Of a stretch of DNA of 64,000 bases, positions 21,633 through 30,962 are shown piece after piece. The stretch spans positions 6,674 through 70,673 of the forward strand of contig CAZXPF010000007.1 of the NCBI GenBank assembly GCA_964643105.1, given 5' to 3'. The DNA is from an uncultured Flavobacterium sp. (GTDB lineage: Bacteria > Bacteroidota > Bacteroidia > Flavobacteriales > Flavobacteriaceae). Positions within the stretch are counted from its first letter, which is position 1. Each line of letters starts with the position of its first letter. The translations under genes and the position numbers were made by a program. The notes under the pieces were generated by a model. That model did not search any database, was not told where the DNA came from, and saw nothing but the letters and a program-made list of their open reading frames with translations.

Positions 21633-23045
21633 ATGAATAAACTAATAAAATGTATCTCTACTTTAAAAACTAATAAATTACTAATTTATTTATTGGTTGT
21701 CATTTTATTTCCTTTTGTACTTATCGCTTTCTTCAACAATCCAGCAACTGATGATTTTTATTTGGCTAATTTGTCTTTTAAACACGGATTAACAGACGTT
21801 CATTTTTGGCATTATAATAATTGGAGTGGTCGTTATTTTTCAAATGGAATTTTATTTTTTAGTCCGTTGTATTTTGGAGATTTTTATTCTTATAAACTAA
21901 TCCCAATTGTATTATTGCTCCTTTTTATTTTTACTGTAAAATATTTTATTTCTGCTGTTTTTTATTCAATTTCAAGTCAACAAAAATGGGCAATTAGCAG
22001 TATTATTCTTTTGCTCTATTTTATACAAGTTCCAGAAGTTTGTTCTGCTTTTTATTGGTTACCAGGTGCTATTACCTATCAATTTGGGGTGACATTAAGT
22101 TTGTTATTCATCTCCTTTTACATTAGATTTGAAAGATCTAAAAATTATGTTTTTTTAATTTTATCGCTACTTTTTATAGTGTTTTCAATGGGTTGCAATG
22201 AGATAATTACCATTTTAAATTCGGTTTTAATTGGATGTTACTTTTTGTATAAGCTCTGGTCTACCAAAAAAATAGATGTTAATTTATTAATTGTGGTTGC
22301 GATTGCTGCTGTTTTTGCTAGTTTAGAATTATTCGCACCCGGAAATTCGGAACGTAATGAAACAATTGAAATTGAAGGAAAGTTTAATGTTTTGAATTCT
22401 ATCTTCAAATCGATAATTCACAGTGTTTTATTGACTTTAAAATGGATACCTATATTATTACTTTTTGTACTGTTTTATAGTAAAAAGATTTACAATTTAA
22501 TAAACGAAAACGAGTTGAAATTACTAAATCCAAAATGGGCTTTTTTGTTATTATTTTCAATTCTATTTTTAAGTCTCTTCCCAAGTTTTTACATTCAAAA
22601 TAATATGATTGCGGATAGATCTTTAAACAGCATTTATTTCTATTTTACACTTTCAGCTTTATATACTACCTTATGTTTAATTAAGTTTCTTAAAGACCAG
22701 TACAATTTCGAAATCCAATTAAATACATCAATAAAAACGGCTTTAACGCTAATGATTATTTTCTTTACTTTTTCAGATTCACCCATTACAAATGCTTATG
22801 AAGATTTGATTAATGGAAAGGCATATTTATATGACAAGCAAATGAAAAATCGTTTTGAATTAGTACAAAATTCGACTAAAAATGAAGTTATAGTTCCTGC
22901 CTTAACCAGAAAACCAGAAACCATTTTCATTGATAACATAATGGGATTAACAACCGATTTAAAAAACTGGAAAAATCAGGACATTTCTGCATATTATGGA
23001 AAATCAGTTACTGTTGAACCTTCAGAATCTGAATTTACTGAATAA
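21633..23045 (+). CDS. Polytopic membrane protein; candidate O-unit polymerase (Wzy) or GT-C-type transferase
   Basis: 470 aa with roughly 11-12 predicted TM helices. An acidic DD motif (NPATDDFY) follows TM1. It sits inside the polysaccharide locus. Confidence 0.4.
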   Translation: MNKLIKCISTLKTNKLLIYLLVVILFPFVLIAFFNNPATDDFYLANLSFKHGLTDVHFWHYNNWSGRYFSNGILFFSPLYFGDFYSYKLIPIVLLLLFIFTVKYFISAVFYSISSQQKWAISSIILLLYFIQVPEVCSAFYWLPGAITYQFGVTLSLLFISFYIRFERSKNYVFLILSLLFIVFSMGCNEIITILNSVLIGCYFLYKLWSTKKIDVNLLIVVAIAAVFASLELFAPGNSERNETIEIEGKFNVLNSIFKSIIHSVLLTLKWIPILLLFVLFYSKKIYNLINENELKLLNPKWAFLLLFSILFLSLFPSFYIQNNMIADRSLNSIYFYFTLSALYTTLCLIKFLKDQYNFEIQLNTSIKTALTLMIIFFTFSDSPITNAYEDLINGKAYLYDKQMKNRFELVQNSTKNEVIVPALTRKPETIFIDNIMGLTTDLKNWKNQDISAYYGKSVTVEPSESEFTE

Positions 23046-23047
23046 AT

Positions 23048-24322
23048 TTAGAATAAGTACTTCCTAAAGTAAATTCCCAAAACTAAAAAATACATAAAGA
23101 AAGTAAATGCATGAGCCATTACAACTCCTTCAATGCCGTAAACTTTTAATAAATATATGCTTGAAAACCACAAAATAGTCAGTGAAAGTAATTCTGTAAT
23201 AATAAATGCTTTAGTTAGCTTTTTAGCAAAAAACTGATAGCCTAGAATTAATGATAATGCTTTGAAAAAATCACCTAATAATTGCCAAAAAAACAATTCT
23301 GATACTGGTATAAATTCTTTAGTAAATAACATTTGAATTAGAATATCCTTCAGTAAATAAACAACTAACAATCCAACCAAAAAAACAGGAATAATTCCTT
23401 TGTAATAACTCCAAAAAACAGATTTTGTTTCTTCGTTTGAAGTTGATTTTGATAGCTTTGGCAAAAAATAAACCGTTAAAACTGTTGTTAAAAAAAGTAA
23501 GTAATAATTCGAAATCCGTGTCAAAGCTTCCCAATAACCAGCTTGATTGATATCCAAATTTTCTATTACTGAATTTCGAATTCCCAAATAAACCATTGGT
23601 CCAAAAATCATAGAAACCAAGGCCATTAATGAATATTCAGACATGGGTTTTAAAACTGAAAAATCAAATGATTTTATACTTATTAATGGAAATAAATTTA
23701 TTTTTTTATGAATGAAAAACAATGTCACAAAAAACAGAACTGATGGTGACAAAATAACGGCCAAAAGTGCTCCAAAAGTTTTATAAAAAAAGATTAATCC
23801 AACCGTAATTATAAGTCCTAAAACATTACCAATTATATTGATATAAATTACTTTTTTAAATTCGCCAAATCCGTTGATTACTGCAACTAAAATTATGGAT
23901 GCAATGTACCAAGGTAAAGCTAAACCAAAGACTTTAAAAACCCATTCAAATTGAAAATCTGTTCCAAAAACTTCATGGTTTAAATAGGTTGCCAAAAAGA
24001 AAAGTAATCCACTTAAAATTACAATCACAAAAAATAATGCCATAAAAATTGTGGATAAAAAGCGTTTTAATTCTTCCAAATTATCCTCCTTTTCAGCCAC
24101 ATATTTTACAATTCCATTGGTGAATCCCAATGTTGCAATTCCTTCTATGGAAGCTGTAAAATTGCGAAGATTTCCGACTAATGCCATTCCACTTGGTCCA
24201 ATAAAAATGGCTATGACTTTTGATGAAACAAAACCAATAATAATCTTCAAAATCACACTAACACTATTCAAGGAAGTGATTTTAAACAATTCTTTTTGAG
24301 CTATTTGCTTGAAAATATTCAA
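23048..24322 (-). CDS. wzx: Polysaccharide/O-antigen flippase (Wzx, WzxE-like)
   Basis: 424 aa with about 12 TM helices. The N-terminal ...KVIAIFIGPSGMALVGNLRNF is typical of the O-antigen translocase family. The TTG start directly abuts the upstream TAA. Confidence 0.8.
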   Translation of the reverse strand: MNIFKQIAQKELFKITSLNSVSVILKIIIGFVSSKVIAIFIGPSGMALVGNLRNFTASIEGIATLGFTNGIVKYVAEKEDNLEELKRFLSTIFMALFFVIVILSGLLFFLATYLNHEVFGTDFQFEWVFKVFGLALPWYIASIILVAVINGFGEFKKVIYINIIGNVLGLIITVGLIFFYKTFGALLAVILSPSVLFFVTLFFIHKKINLFPLISIKSFDFSVLKPMSEYSLMALVSMIFGPMVYLGIRNSVIENLDINQAGYWEALTRISNYYLLFLTTVLTVYFLPKLSKSTSNEETKSVFWSYYKGIIPVFLVGLLVVYLLKDILIQMLFTKEFIPVSELFFWQLLGDFFKALSLILGYQFFAKKLTKAFIITELLSLTILWFSSIYLLKVYGIEGVVMAHAFTFFMYFLVLGIYFRKYLF

Positions 24323-25423
24323 TTAATATCGATTTAAAACATCAACAACTTTGCTAACCTCATCATCAGTCAAAATAGGAGAAATTGGCAAACTCAGAAC
24401 CTCATCATGAATTTTCTCTGTGATTGGAAAAGACAAGGTATTCCAACTTTCAAAAGCTTTTTGTTTATGAGGTGGAATAGGATAATGAATCATAGTTTCA
24501 ATTTCATTTTGCTTCAAATATTCTTGTAATACATCTCTATTTTCTGTACGAATCACAAATAAATGAAATACATGATTGGTTGAAAAATCCCATTGTGGAA
24601 GCATAATTTTATCATTTTTAATTTCAGATAAATATCTTTTTGCTATACTTCTTCTTTTGTTATTTTGTTCCTCTAAAAAGGGTAACTTCACATTTAAAAA
24701 AGCAGCTTGGATTTCATCTAAACGACTATTTATTCCTATAAATTCGTTATGATATTTCTTTGCTGAACCATAATTTCTTAACGAAAACAACATTTTTGCT
24801 AATTCTTCATCATTTGTTGCAATAGCTCCTGCATCACCCAAAGCGCCTAAATTCTTACCTGGATAAAAACTGTATGCCTGAACATTTCTAATTTCTGAAT
24901 TCTGAATTCTGCCTTCTAAAATTGCTCCGTGAGATTGAGCAGCATCTTCAACTACAATTAAATTATGTTGCTTTGCTATTGCATTAATCTTATCCATTTC
25001 ACACAATTGTCCGTATAAATGAACTGGTAAAATAGCTTTTGTTTTGGAAGTGATTTTTTCTGAAATTAAATCTGGATTAATATTGAAAGTTTCTACCCTT
25101 GGCTCTACTAAAACTGGCACTAAATCGGCTTGTAAAATGGCTAAAATACTAGCAATATATGTGTTGGCTGGAACAATAACTTCATCTCCTTTTTGGATTA
25201 ATCCCAATTGAATGTAGCCTTTAAAAATCAAAACCAAAGCATCTAAACCATTGCCAACACCAATACAATATTTAGCATTAGTATAAGAAGCAAAATCCTT
25301 TTCAAACTGTTTGACTTCATCGCCTAAAATAAACCATCCTTTATCTAAAACTGATTGTATCTTATGATGAAACTCGTCTTGATATTGTGCATTTATCTTT
25401 TGTAAATCTAAGAATTTAATCAT
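24323..25423 (-). CDS. DegT/DnrJ/EryC1/StrS-family sugar aminotransferase (FdtB/WecE-like)
   Basis: 366 aa from the ATG at 25423 ([11 protein letters not shown]...). PLP-lysine region [15 protein letters not shown]. The longer ORF-track start would overlap the upstream gene. Confidence 0.88.
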   Translation of the reverse strand: MIKFLDLQKINAQYQDEFHHKIQSVLDKGWFILGDEVKQFEKDFASYTNAKYCIGVGNGLDALVLIFKGYIQLGLIQKGDEVIVPANTYIASILAILQADLVPVLVEPRVETFNINPDLISEKITSKTKAILPVHLYGQLCEMDKINAIAKQHNLIVVEDAAQSHGAILEGRIQNSEIRNVQAYSFYPGKNLGALGDAGAIATNDEELAKMLFSLRNYGSAKKYHNEFIGINSRLDEIQAAFLNVKLPFLEEQNNKRRSIAKRYLSEIKNDKIMLPQWDFSTNHVFHLFVIRTENRDVLQEYLKQNEIETMIHYPIPPHKQKAFESWNTLSFPITEKIHDEVLSLPISPILTDDEVSKVVDVLNRY

Positions 25424-25424
25424 G

Positions 25425-26381
25425 TTATTGTAAATTAATTTCGTAGTGATTTTGTTCAAAAACTACACATCCTAATTCCTCTTTTTGATTCAATAATCCT
25501 TGATTAAATCCTTCTGCATGACTTGAATCAGTGACAATTCCCATATCAAAATAAGATTTTCCTGCTACTCGATACTTCTCCATTAAACTAAAAAATAAAA
25601 AATCTAAAGCCCTGCTACTTTCTCCTGCAACTGTTGTGGCTCCATATTGTGACTTCACTACGTCATTTGATTCAAATATAGTGATTCCAGCAACAATTTG
25701 GTCATCTAAATAAGCATTAAATTGCTTAATATTATTTGGAAATTTAATCCCTAATTTATTAATTTCATCCAATGTGTGCACTGGCTTAGCACCGTGCTTT
25801 TCGGCTAATCTTGGCATCAAAACTTGCGTCCAAAAAGAATCAAAATTAGTTTCTTCTTTCATCAAAAGACCAGAACTCAAAGAATTTTTATATTTTTTCA
25901 ATTTACTTTTAGAAATCAAATGATCTTCTCCAAACTTGAAAGCTAAATTCATGTCTTTTCGGATAAGATTTGATTTGATTTTAAACAAATAATATTCTAA
26001 CTCAAATGAAAATGTTTTGTTGTAAAAAACAGGAATAGACTTTATAACTAACTTTCTAAAAGCATTCTCTTGTAAAAAACTTACAATTGTTTCAAGATAA
26101 CTAAAAACCTCTTGTGCTTTTGATTTATGATGTAATACCAATCCTCCATAGGTCAATCCTTGATGTGAATAAACCGTATCTTCTACTTTATTGGCTGGTA
26201 AAACCGCAACCAATTTATCTTTTGCATTAAAAACAAGTAACGAATAATCTTCAAATCTGTCTTGATGGTATTCCATAAAATCTCTATGAAATAAAAATGT
26301 AGCGTTTTTGGCTTGAGCTACAAATTCATTCCAAATAGTATAATACACTGAAGAATATTGTTTAATTTTTATCTTATTCAA
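25425..26381 (-). CDS. Acyltransferase-like protein (GNAT/FemAB-like fold), probable amino-sugar N-acyltransferase
   Basis: 318 aa. It sits immediately upstream of the aminotransferase and flippase, the same order as wecD-wecE-wzxE in E. coli. The fold assignment is by eye and tentative. Confidence 0.45.
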   Translation of the reverse strand: MNKIKIKQYSSVYYTIWNEFVAQAKNATFLFHRDFMEYHQDRFEDYSLLVFNAKDKLVAVLPANKVEDTVYSHQGLTYGGLVLHHKSKAQEVFSYLETIVSFLQENAFRKLVIKSIPVFYNKTFSFELEYYLFKIKSNLIRKDMNLAFKFGEDHLISKSKLKKYKNSLSSGLLMKEETNFDSFWTQVLMPRLAEKHGAKPVHTLDEINKLGIKFPNNIKQFNAYLDDQIVAGITIFESNDVVKSQYGATTVAGESSRALDFLFFSLMEKYRVAGKSYFDMGIVTDSSHAEGFNQGLLNQKEELGCVVFEQNHYEINLQ

Positions 26382-26479
26382 TTTTTTTTGTGTTAGGAAT
26401 CGTGTTTTATCGTTGAATTTTAAAGAATTACAACTAATTAACTTATTTTTTAATAAATTAGTATCAAAATTGATTCATC

Positions 26480-28282
26480 TTGAAACAAAAATATCTATTA
26501 TTTTTTTCAAAAATACTGATTTTATCTTTGTTATTTACTATAAATATGCAAGGACAGAATGTTTCTTTATACCAACAATTCAATGGCCGTTATGATTTTA
26601 CTTTTTTAGGAAATACCATGAATATTTCTGAAAATAACGGAACTCCTGCTCTTGTAACAGGTACTTCTTCTACTGCTACATTAAATTTAAATACTGGAGA
26701 CAGTGTTTTAAAAGCATATTTATATTGGTCTGGTAGTGGTGATGGCGATTTTGAAGTAGATTTAAACGGAACAACTATGTTAGCAGAACGAACTTTTAAT
26801 CACACTAGAATTTCTGGAAACAACCAAACGTTTACCTACTTTAGTGCTTTTAAAGACATTACAAGTTTTATACAAGCAAATGGAAATGGAAATTATACTC
26901 TATCGAATTTAGACATTTCTAGTTTTGAAACATATCATAAACTAATTTCAACCAATTATGCAGGTTGGGCTATTCTCATTATTGTAGAAAACTCAAATTT
27001 CTCATTAAACCAAATAAATGTTTATGATGGATTACAAGGAGTTCCAAATAATTTAAGTATCAATTTAACTAATTTAGTTGTCATAGATAATAGCAATGCA
27101 ACGGCTGGTTTTATTGCTTGGGAAGGAGACGCATCATTGGCAACTGAGACTTTTTCTATCAACGGAACAGTAATTAGCAATGCATCCAATCCTATAAATA
27201 ATGTTTTCAATGGAACAAATTCAATAACAGGTTCAAATGTTTTATACAATATGGATTTGGATATCTATAACATTGAAAATTACATTCAAATAGGAAACTC
27301 AGATGTAAACATTACTCTTTCCTCATCACAAGATTTTATAATGATTAACACAGTTGTCACCAAATTAAACAGCCAATTGCCAGATGCTACAATTGCTATT
27401 GATGCCACAAATCAAGCTTGTAATGCTAATATTCTTTTGGTTGATTTTACTGTTTTTAATACCAATTCCACAGAAATACTTCCTGCTGGAACACCCATTG
27501 CTATCTATGCGAATGATTCATTTATTGAATATACTGAAACAATAACTCCAATACCTATTGATGGAAGTTGGAGTGATCAAATAAGCCTATTACTTCCTTT
27601 TGAACTTCCATTAAATTTTGAATTAAAATTTGTAGTGGATGATGATGGAATGGGTAATGGAATTGTTACAGAAATAAACGAAGATAATAACAGTGATACA
27701 AAATTAATTCTTCAAAATAGTGCTCCAAGATTTAATAAATTAGATAACCTAACATCTTGCAATGAAGGGTTAAAAAAAGGAACTTTCAATTTTTCACATT
27801 ATGAAGAATTAGTAAAAACAGATCCAAATCAAGAAGTCTCTTTTTATGAAACCTTTGACAATGCACTCAATCAAACCAATCCAATACTTAACACTACCAA
27901 CTTCATAGCCAATTCAACTCCAAAAGAGATTTACGTTAGAATTGAAAATGAAAATTGTTTTGCCTTTACCTCTTTTTTACTAACCACAAAAAATTGTCCT
28001 CCAACTGTTTACAATTATGTTTCAGGAAATTTTGATGGTTTTAATGATGGCTTTTTTATAGATGGATTGCGCAATATTTTCCTGAATTTTGAAGTTAAGA
28101 TTTACAACCGTTGGGGAAAATGGCTCTGGACAGGAAACCATTCTAAACCCGATTGGGATGGTTATGTAGAAAATGGAATTGATGAAAAATATGCACCAGC
28201 TGGCACCTATTACTATGTAATTTATCTAAATGATCCTGATTATCATGAACCCTTAGTTGGCTATTTATACTTAACCCGATAA
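26480..28282 (+). CDS. Secreted protein with a T9SS type-B C-terminal sorting domain
   Basis: 600 aa, TTG start, signal peptide. The C-terminus ...FDGFNDGFFIDGL...IYNRWGKWLW...WDGY...PAGTYYYVIYL...GYLYLTR matches the gliding-motility-associated (type B) CTD pattern. Confidence 0.8.
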   Translation: MKQKYLLFFSKILILSLLFTINMQGQNVSLYQQFNGRYDFTFLGNTMNISENNGTPALVTGTSSTATLNLNTGDSVLKAYLYWSGSGDGDFEVDLNGTTMLAERTFNHTRISGNNQTFTYFSAFKDITSFIQANGNGNYTLSNLDISSFETYHKLISTNYAGWAILIIVENSNFSLNQINVYDGLQGVPNNLSINLTNLVVIDNSNATAGFIAWEGDASLATETFSINGTVISNASNPINNVFNGTNSITGSNVLYNMDLDIYNIENYIQIGNSDVNITLSSSQDFIMINTVVTKLNSQLPDATIAIDATNQACNANILLVDFTVFNTNSTEILPAGTPIAIYANDSFIEYTETITPIPIDGSWSDQISLLLPFELPLNFELKFVVDDDGMGNGIVTEINEDNNSDTKLILQNSAPRFNKLDNLTSCNEGLKKGTFNFSHYEELVKTDPNQEVSFYETFDNALNQTNPILNTTNFIANSTPKEIYVRIENENCFAFTSFLLTTKNCPPTVYNYVSGNFDGFNDGFFIDGLRNIFLNFEVKIYNRWGKWLWTGNHSKPDWDGYVENGIDEKYAPAGTYYYVIYLNDPDYHEPLVGYLYLTR

Positions 28283-28283
28283 T

Positions 28284-29024
28284 TTACATGTTTTGAGTGT
28301 AATAATTATAATCTTTCATCAAAGTCCTAATAAAGTCTTGATCGTTTCCTGATTGATTTTTAATACCAGTAACACTAATGATTTTTTCTCTCAACTTAAT
28401 TAAAGTGGCATAGTCTCTGCTTTTCACTGCGACTTCAAAAGTTTCCTTAATGATTCTAGCATCGTTATCAGATAATTTAATCACTAAAGGATAAGTTGGC
28501 ACGTAATCATCATTTAAGTCTTCAAGTATAGTATGGTTAATATTGATGTTGTTTTTTAATGAAATAACTGCTGTTCCTGCTGCCATATCTCCCATTCTTT
28601 GATTTTTGTTGTTAAAGATTATAGCCAATAAACCTATTATACCGTTTCCAATCAATACTTCTATCAATCTAAATAACCATCTAATTAAATAATCACCAAA
28701 GCCTGCTTGATACCCATCAATTTTGATGACTTTCATTTTCATTACTTTTTTTCCAATGGTTTGACCATCCCACAAACTTTCTAATAACAAAGTATAAAAA
28801 ATAACAGGGGAAAATAACAAAATCATGATGGCAACAACTGACCAATTGTCCATATCATCAAAACTTTCCCCTAAACCTGATAAATCAAGAATGTAATACA
28901 GCACTACAGAATAAGACACAAGCACCATGATATCAAGCAATTGCCCAACAATTCTTGCACCCACAGAAGCTGCTGTAAAATTTATAGTAACATTTTGTGT
29001 TGTTGTTATGGATAATTGATTCAT
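28284..29024 (-). CDS. RDD-family membrane protein
   Basis: 246 aa from the ATG at 29024 (MNQLSITTTQNV...). Three TM segments with RDD-like layout. First member of the MoxR-associated cluster. Confidence 0.6.
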   Translation of the reverse strand: MNQLSITTTQNVTINFTAASVGARIVGQLLDIMVLVSYSVVLYYILDLSGLGESFDDMDNWSVVAIMILLFSPVIFYTLLLESLWDGQTIGKKVMKMKVIKIDGYQAGFGDYLIRWLFRLIEVLIGNGIIGLLAIIFNNKNQRMGDMAAGTAVISLKNNININHTILEDLNDDYVPTYPLVIKLSDNDARIIKETFEVAVKSRDYATLIKLREKIISVTGIKNQSGNDQDFIRTLMKDYNYYTQNM

Positions 29025-29044
29025 ATTTTTTATTTTAGCCTCTA

Positions 29045-30025
29045 ATGAGAGAAGTTGCATTCATAAAACAAAATAAAGAAAAATGGCTTGAATTTGAACA
29101 AGCTATTTTTGGAAAACTTAAAAAAAATCCTGATGATTTAGCTAGTCTTTACATCCATTTGGTTAATGATTTGTCTTACGCACAAACCTATTTCCCAAAA
29201 AGCAAGACTGTTCTTTATCTGAATCATTTGGCTTCACAAACTTATCAAAAGATATACAAAACTAAAAGAGAAGACACAAATAAACTAATTTATTTTTTTA
29301 AAACTGAAGTTCCTCTTCTTGTTTATCAATACAGACGATATATTTTATATGCTTTTTTAATTTTTGGTATTTTAACCTCAATTGGGGTTATTTCTGCAAA
29401 AAATGATGACACTTTTGTTCGTCTAATTTTAGGTGATCAGTATGTCAATATGTCTTTGGAAAATATCAAAGATGGCAATCCTGTTGCAGTATATAAATCT
29501 GGTAGCAATTGGGGAAGTTTTATTGGGATAACATTCAATAATTTAAGAGTGGGTGCACTCTCCTATTTTTTTGGGATATTCTTGGGTTTTGGTACATTTT
29601 ATATACTTTTGAACAACTGCATCATGCTTGGTTCTTTTCAATACTTTTTCTACAAAGAAGGTGTTTTTTGGGAAAGTGTTAGAGGAATATGGATTCATGG
29701 ATCAATGGAAATTTTTGCTATAGTTATCGAAGCAGCAGCTGGTTTTGTATTAGGTGCTAGCATCTTGTTCCCTAATACTTATTCGCGATTTAACTCTTTC
29801 AAAATAGGATTCAAAAATAGTTTTAAAATCTTTTTAAGCACTATGCCTTTTACAATTCTTGCTGGTTTTTTAGAAGGCTTTATCACAAGGTATTCTATCG
29901 ATATGCCTCACTATTTAAGCGTGTTTATCATTTTATCAACATTGAGCGCTATAAGTTTTTATTATTTAATTTATCCTTTTATAGTTCACAAAAAAATAAA
30001 TCAAAAAAATGTTTCAATTATATAA
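29045..30025 (+). CDS. SpoIIM-like (DUF95) integral membrane protein
   Basis: 326 aa. Soluble N-terminal helix bundle then about 6 TM helices. The layout is typical of the stage II sporulation protein M family in non-sporulating bacteria. Confidence 0.55.
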   Translation: MREVAFIKQNKEKWLEFEQAIFGKLKKNPDDLASLYIHLVNDLSYAQTYFPKSKTVLYLNHLASQTYQKIYKTKREDTNKLIYFFKTEVPLLVYQYRRYILYAFLIFGILTSIGVISAKNDDTFVRLILGDQYVNMSLENIKDGNPVAVYKSGSNWGSFIGITFNNLRVGALSYFFGIFLGFGTFYILLNNCIMLGSFQYFFYKEGVFWESVRGIWIHGSMEIFAIVIEAAAGFVLGASILFPNTYSRFNSFKIGFKNSFKIFLSTMPFTILAGFLEGFITRYSIDMPHYLSVFIILSTLSAISFYYLIYPFIVHKKINQKNVSII

Positions 30026-30962
30026 GAAAAGAAACTTTAACGAGTTAGTAGCTGATACTTTTACCTTTTTTAAACTGCACAGCAAAAACTATTTCAAAAA
30101 CTACTTTATCATAAATGGTGGCTTTCTATTGGTTTTAGTAGTGTTGCTATATTTCTTCTTAAAAATTTTCTATGAAGGTCTTTTTGCAGGCATCAATAAT
30201 AACAGGATGGAAGAAAATGCTATAGTTACTAATTTGACTTCAAATTTCCCTTTGTTAATTTCCATTGGTATCTTGATGTTTTTACTAATTATTATGATTA
30301 GTATAATTAATTATTCATATCCAATAGGTTACCTAAAACTCATTGAAACGAAATCAGAATTGAGTACAAAAAACTTAATTGACTTTATTAAATCTAAAAT
30401 TGGAAAATCAATTGTCTTTTTTTTAACTTCTTTAGTAACTTTTGTACCAATATTTTTCATAGTATTTGGTTTACTCGTTGCTCTGATGTTTATCTTTATT
30501 GGATTTCCTCTTTTACTTATAGTTATCCCTGCGTTAATAAGCTGGTTATCATTAAGTTATTTTGACTACATTGCTACTGATCATCCTTTTTTAACCTCAA
30601 TGAGCAATGGTTTTAATCTTATGAAAGAAAAATTTTGGGCAGTTATAGGTTCAACTGTAATCATGTTTGTTATTGTTCAAGTTGTTGTTGGAATTGTCTA
30701 TATGATTCCTTATATAATTGGTATGATTTCAGCTTTTACAAATCCAGAAATGATGCAAGGATCAAATGAACCAAACGCAGAAGCCCTTTCATTTGTGATG
30801 ATAATGATGACCATTGCCATGACTCTTTCAATTCTTTTCAATTATACGCTTCAAAATCTTATTTTAATTAACCAAGGAATAATTTACTACAGCAGCAAAG
30901 AAGAAGTAGAAAATAATACAATCAAAAATGATATTGACTTAATTGGATCTGATAGTGAATAA
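30009..30962 (+). CDS. Polytopic membrane protein, function unknown
   Basis: 317 aa with about 6 TM helices. It overlaps both neighbours (17 nt upstream, 8-20 nt downstream), implying an operon. Confidence 0.5.
   Translation: MFQLYKKRNFNELVADTFTFFKLHSKNYFKNYFIINGGFLLVLVVLLYFFLKIFYEGLFAGINNNRMEENAIVTNLTSNFPLLISIGILMFLLIIMISIINYSYPIGYLKLIETKSELSTKNLIDFIKSKIGKSIVFFLTSLVTFVPIFFIVFGLLVALMFIFIGFPLLLIVIPALISWLSLSYFDYIATDHPFLTSMSNGFNLMKEKFWAVIGSTVIMFVIVQVVVGIVYMIPYIIGMISAFTNPEMMQGSNEPNAEALSFVMIMMTIAMTLSILFNYTLQNLILINQGIIYYSSKEEVENNTIKNDIDLIGSDSE

Noticed and set aside
25424-25459. Longer starts proposed by the ORF track for the aminotransferase (25459), and likewise for the RDD protein (29060), greA-like protein (10914) and IS passenger ORF (40174)
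   Set aside because: In each case a downstream ATG gives the family-typical N-terminus or a signal peptide and removes an overlap with the neighbouring gene or element. These remain formally possible alternatives.
26413-26595. 60-aa ORF upstream of and overlapping the T9SS cargo start
   Set aside because: It is in a different frame from, and overlaps, the signal-peptide-encoding start of the 600-aa gene. Nothing supports it.
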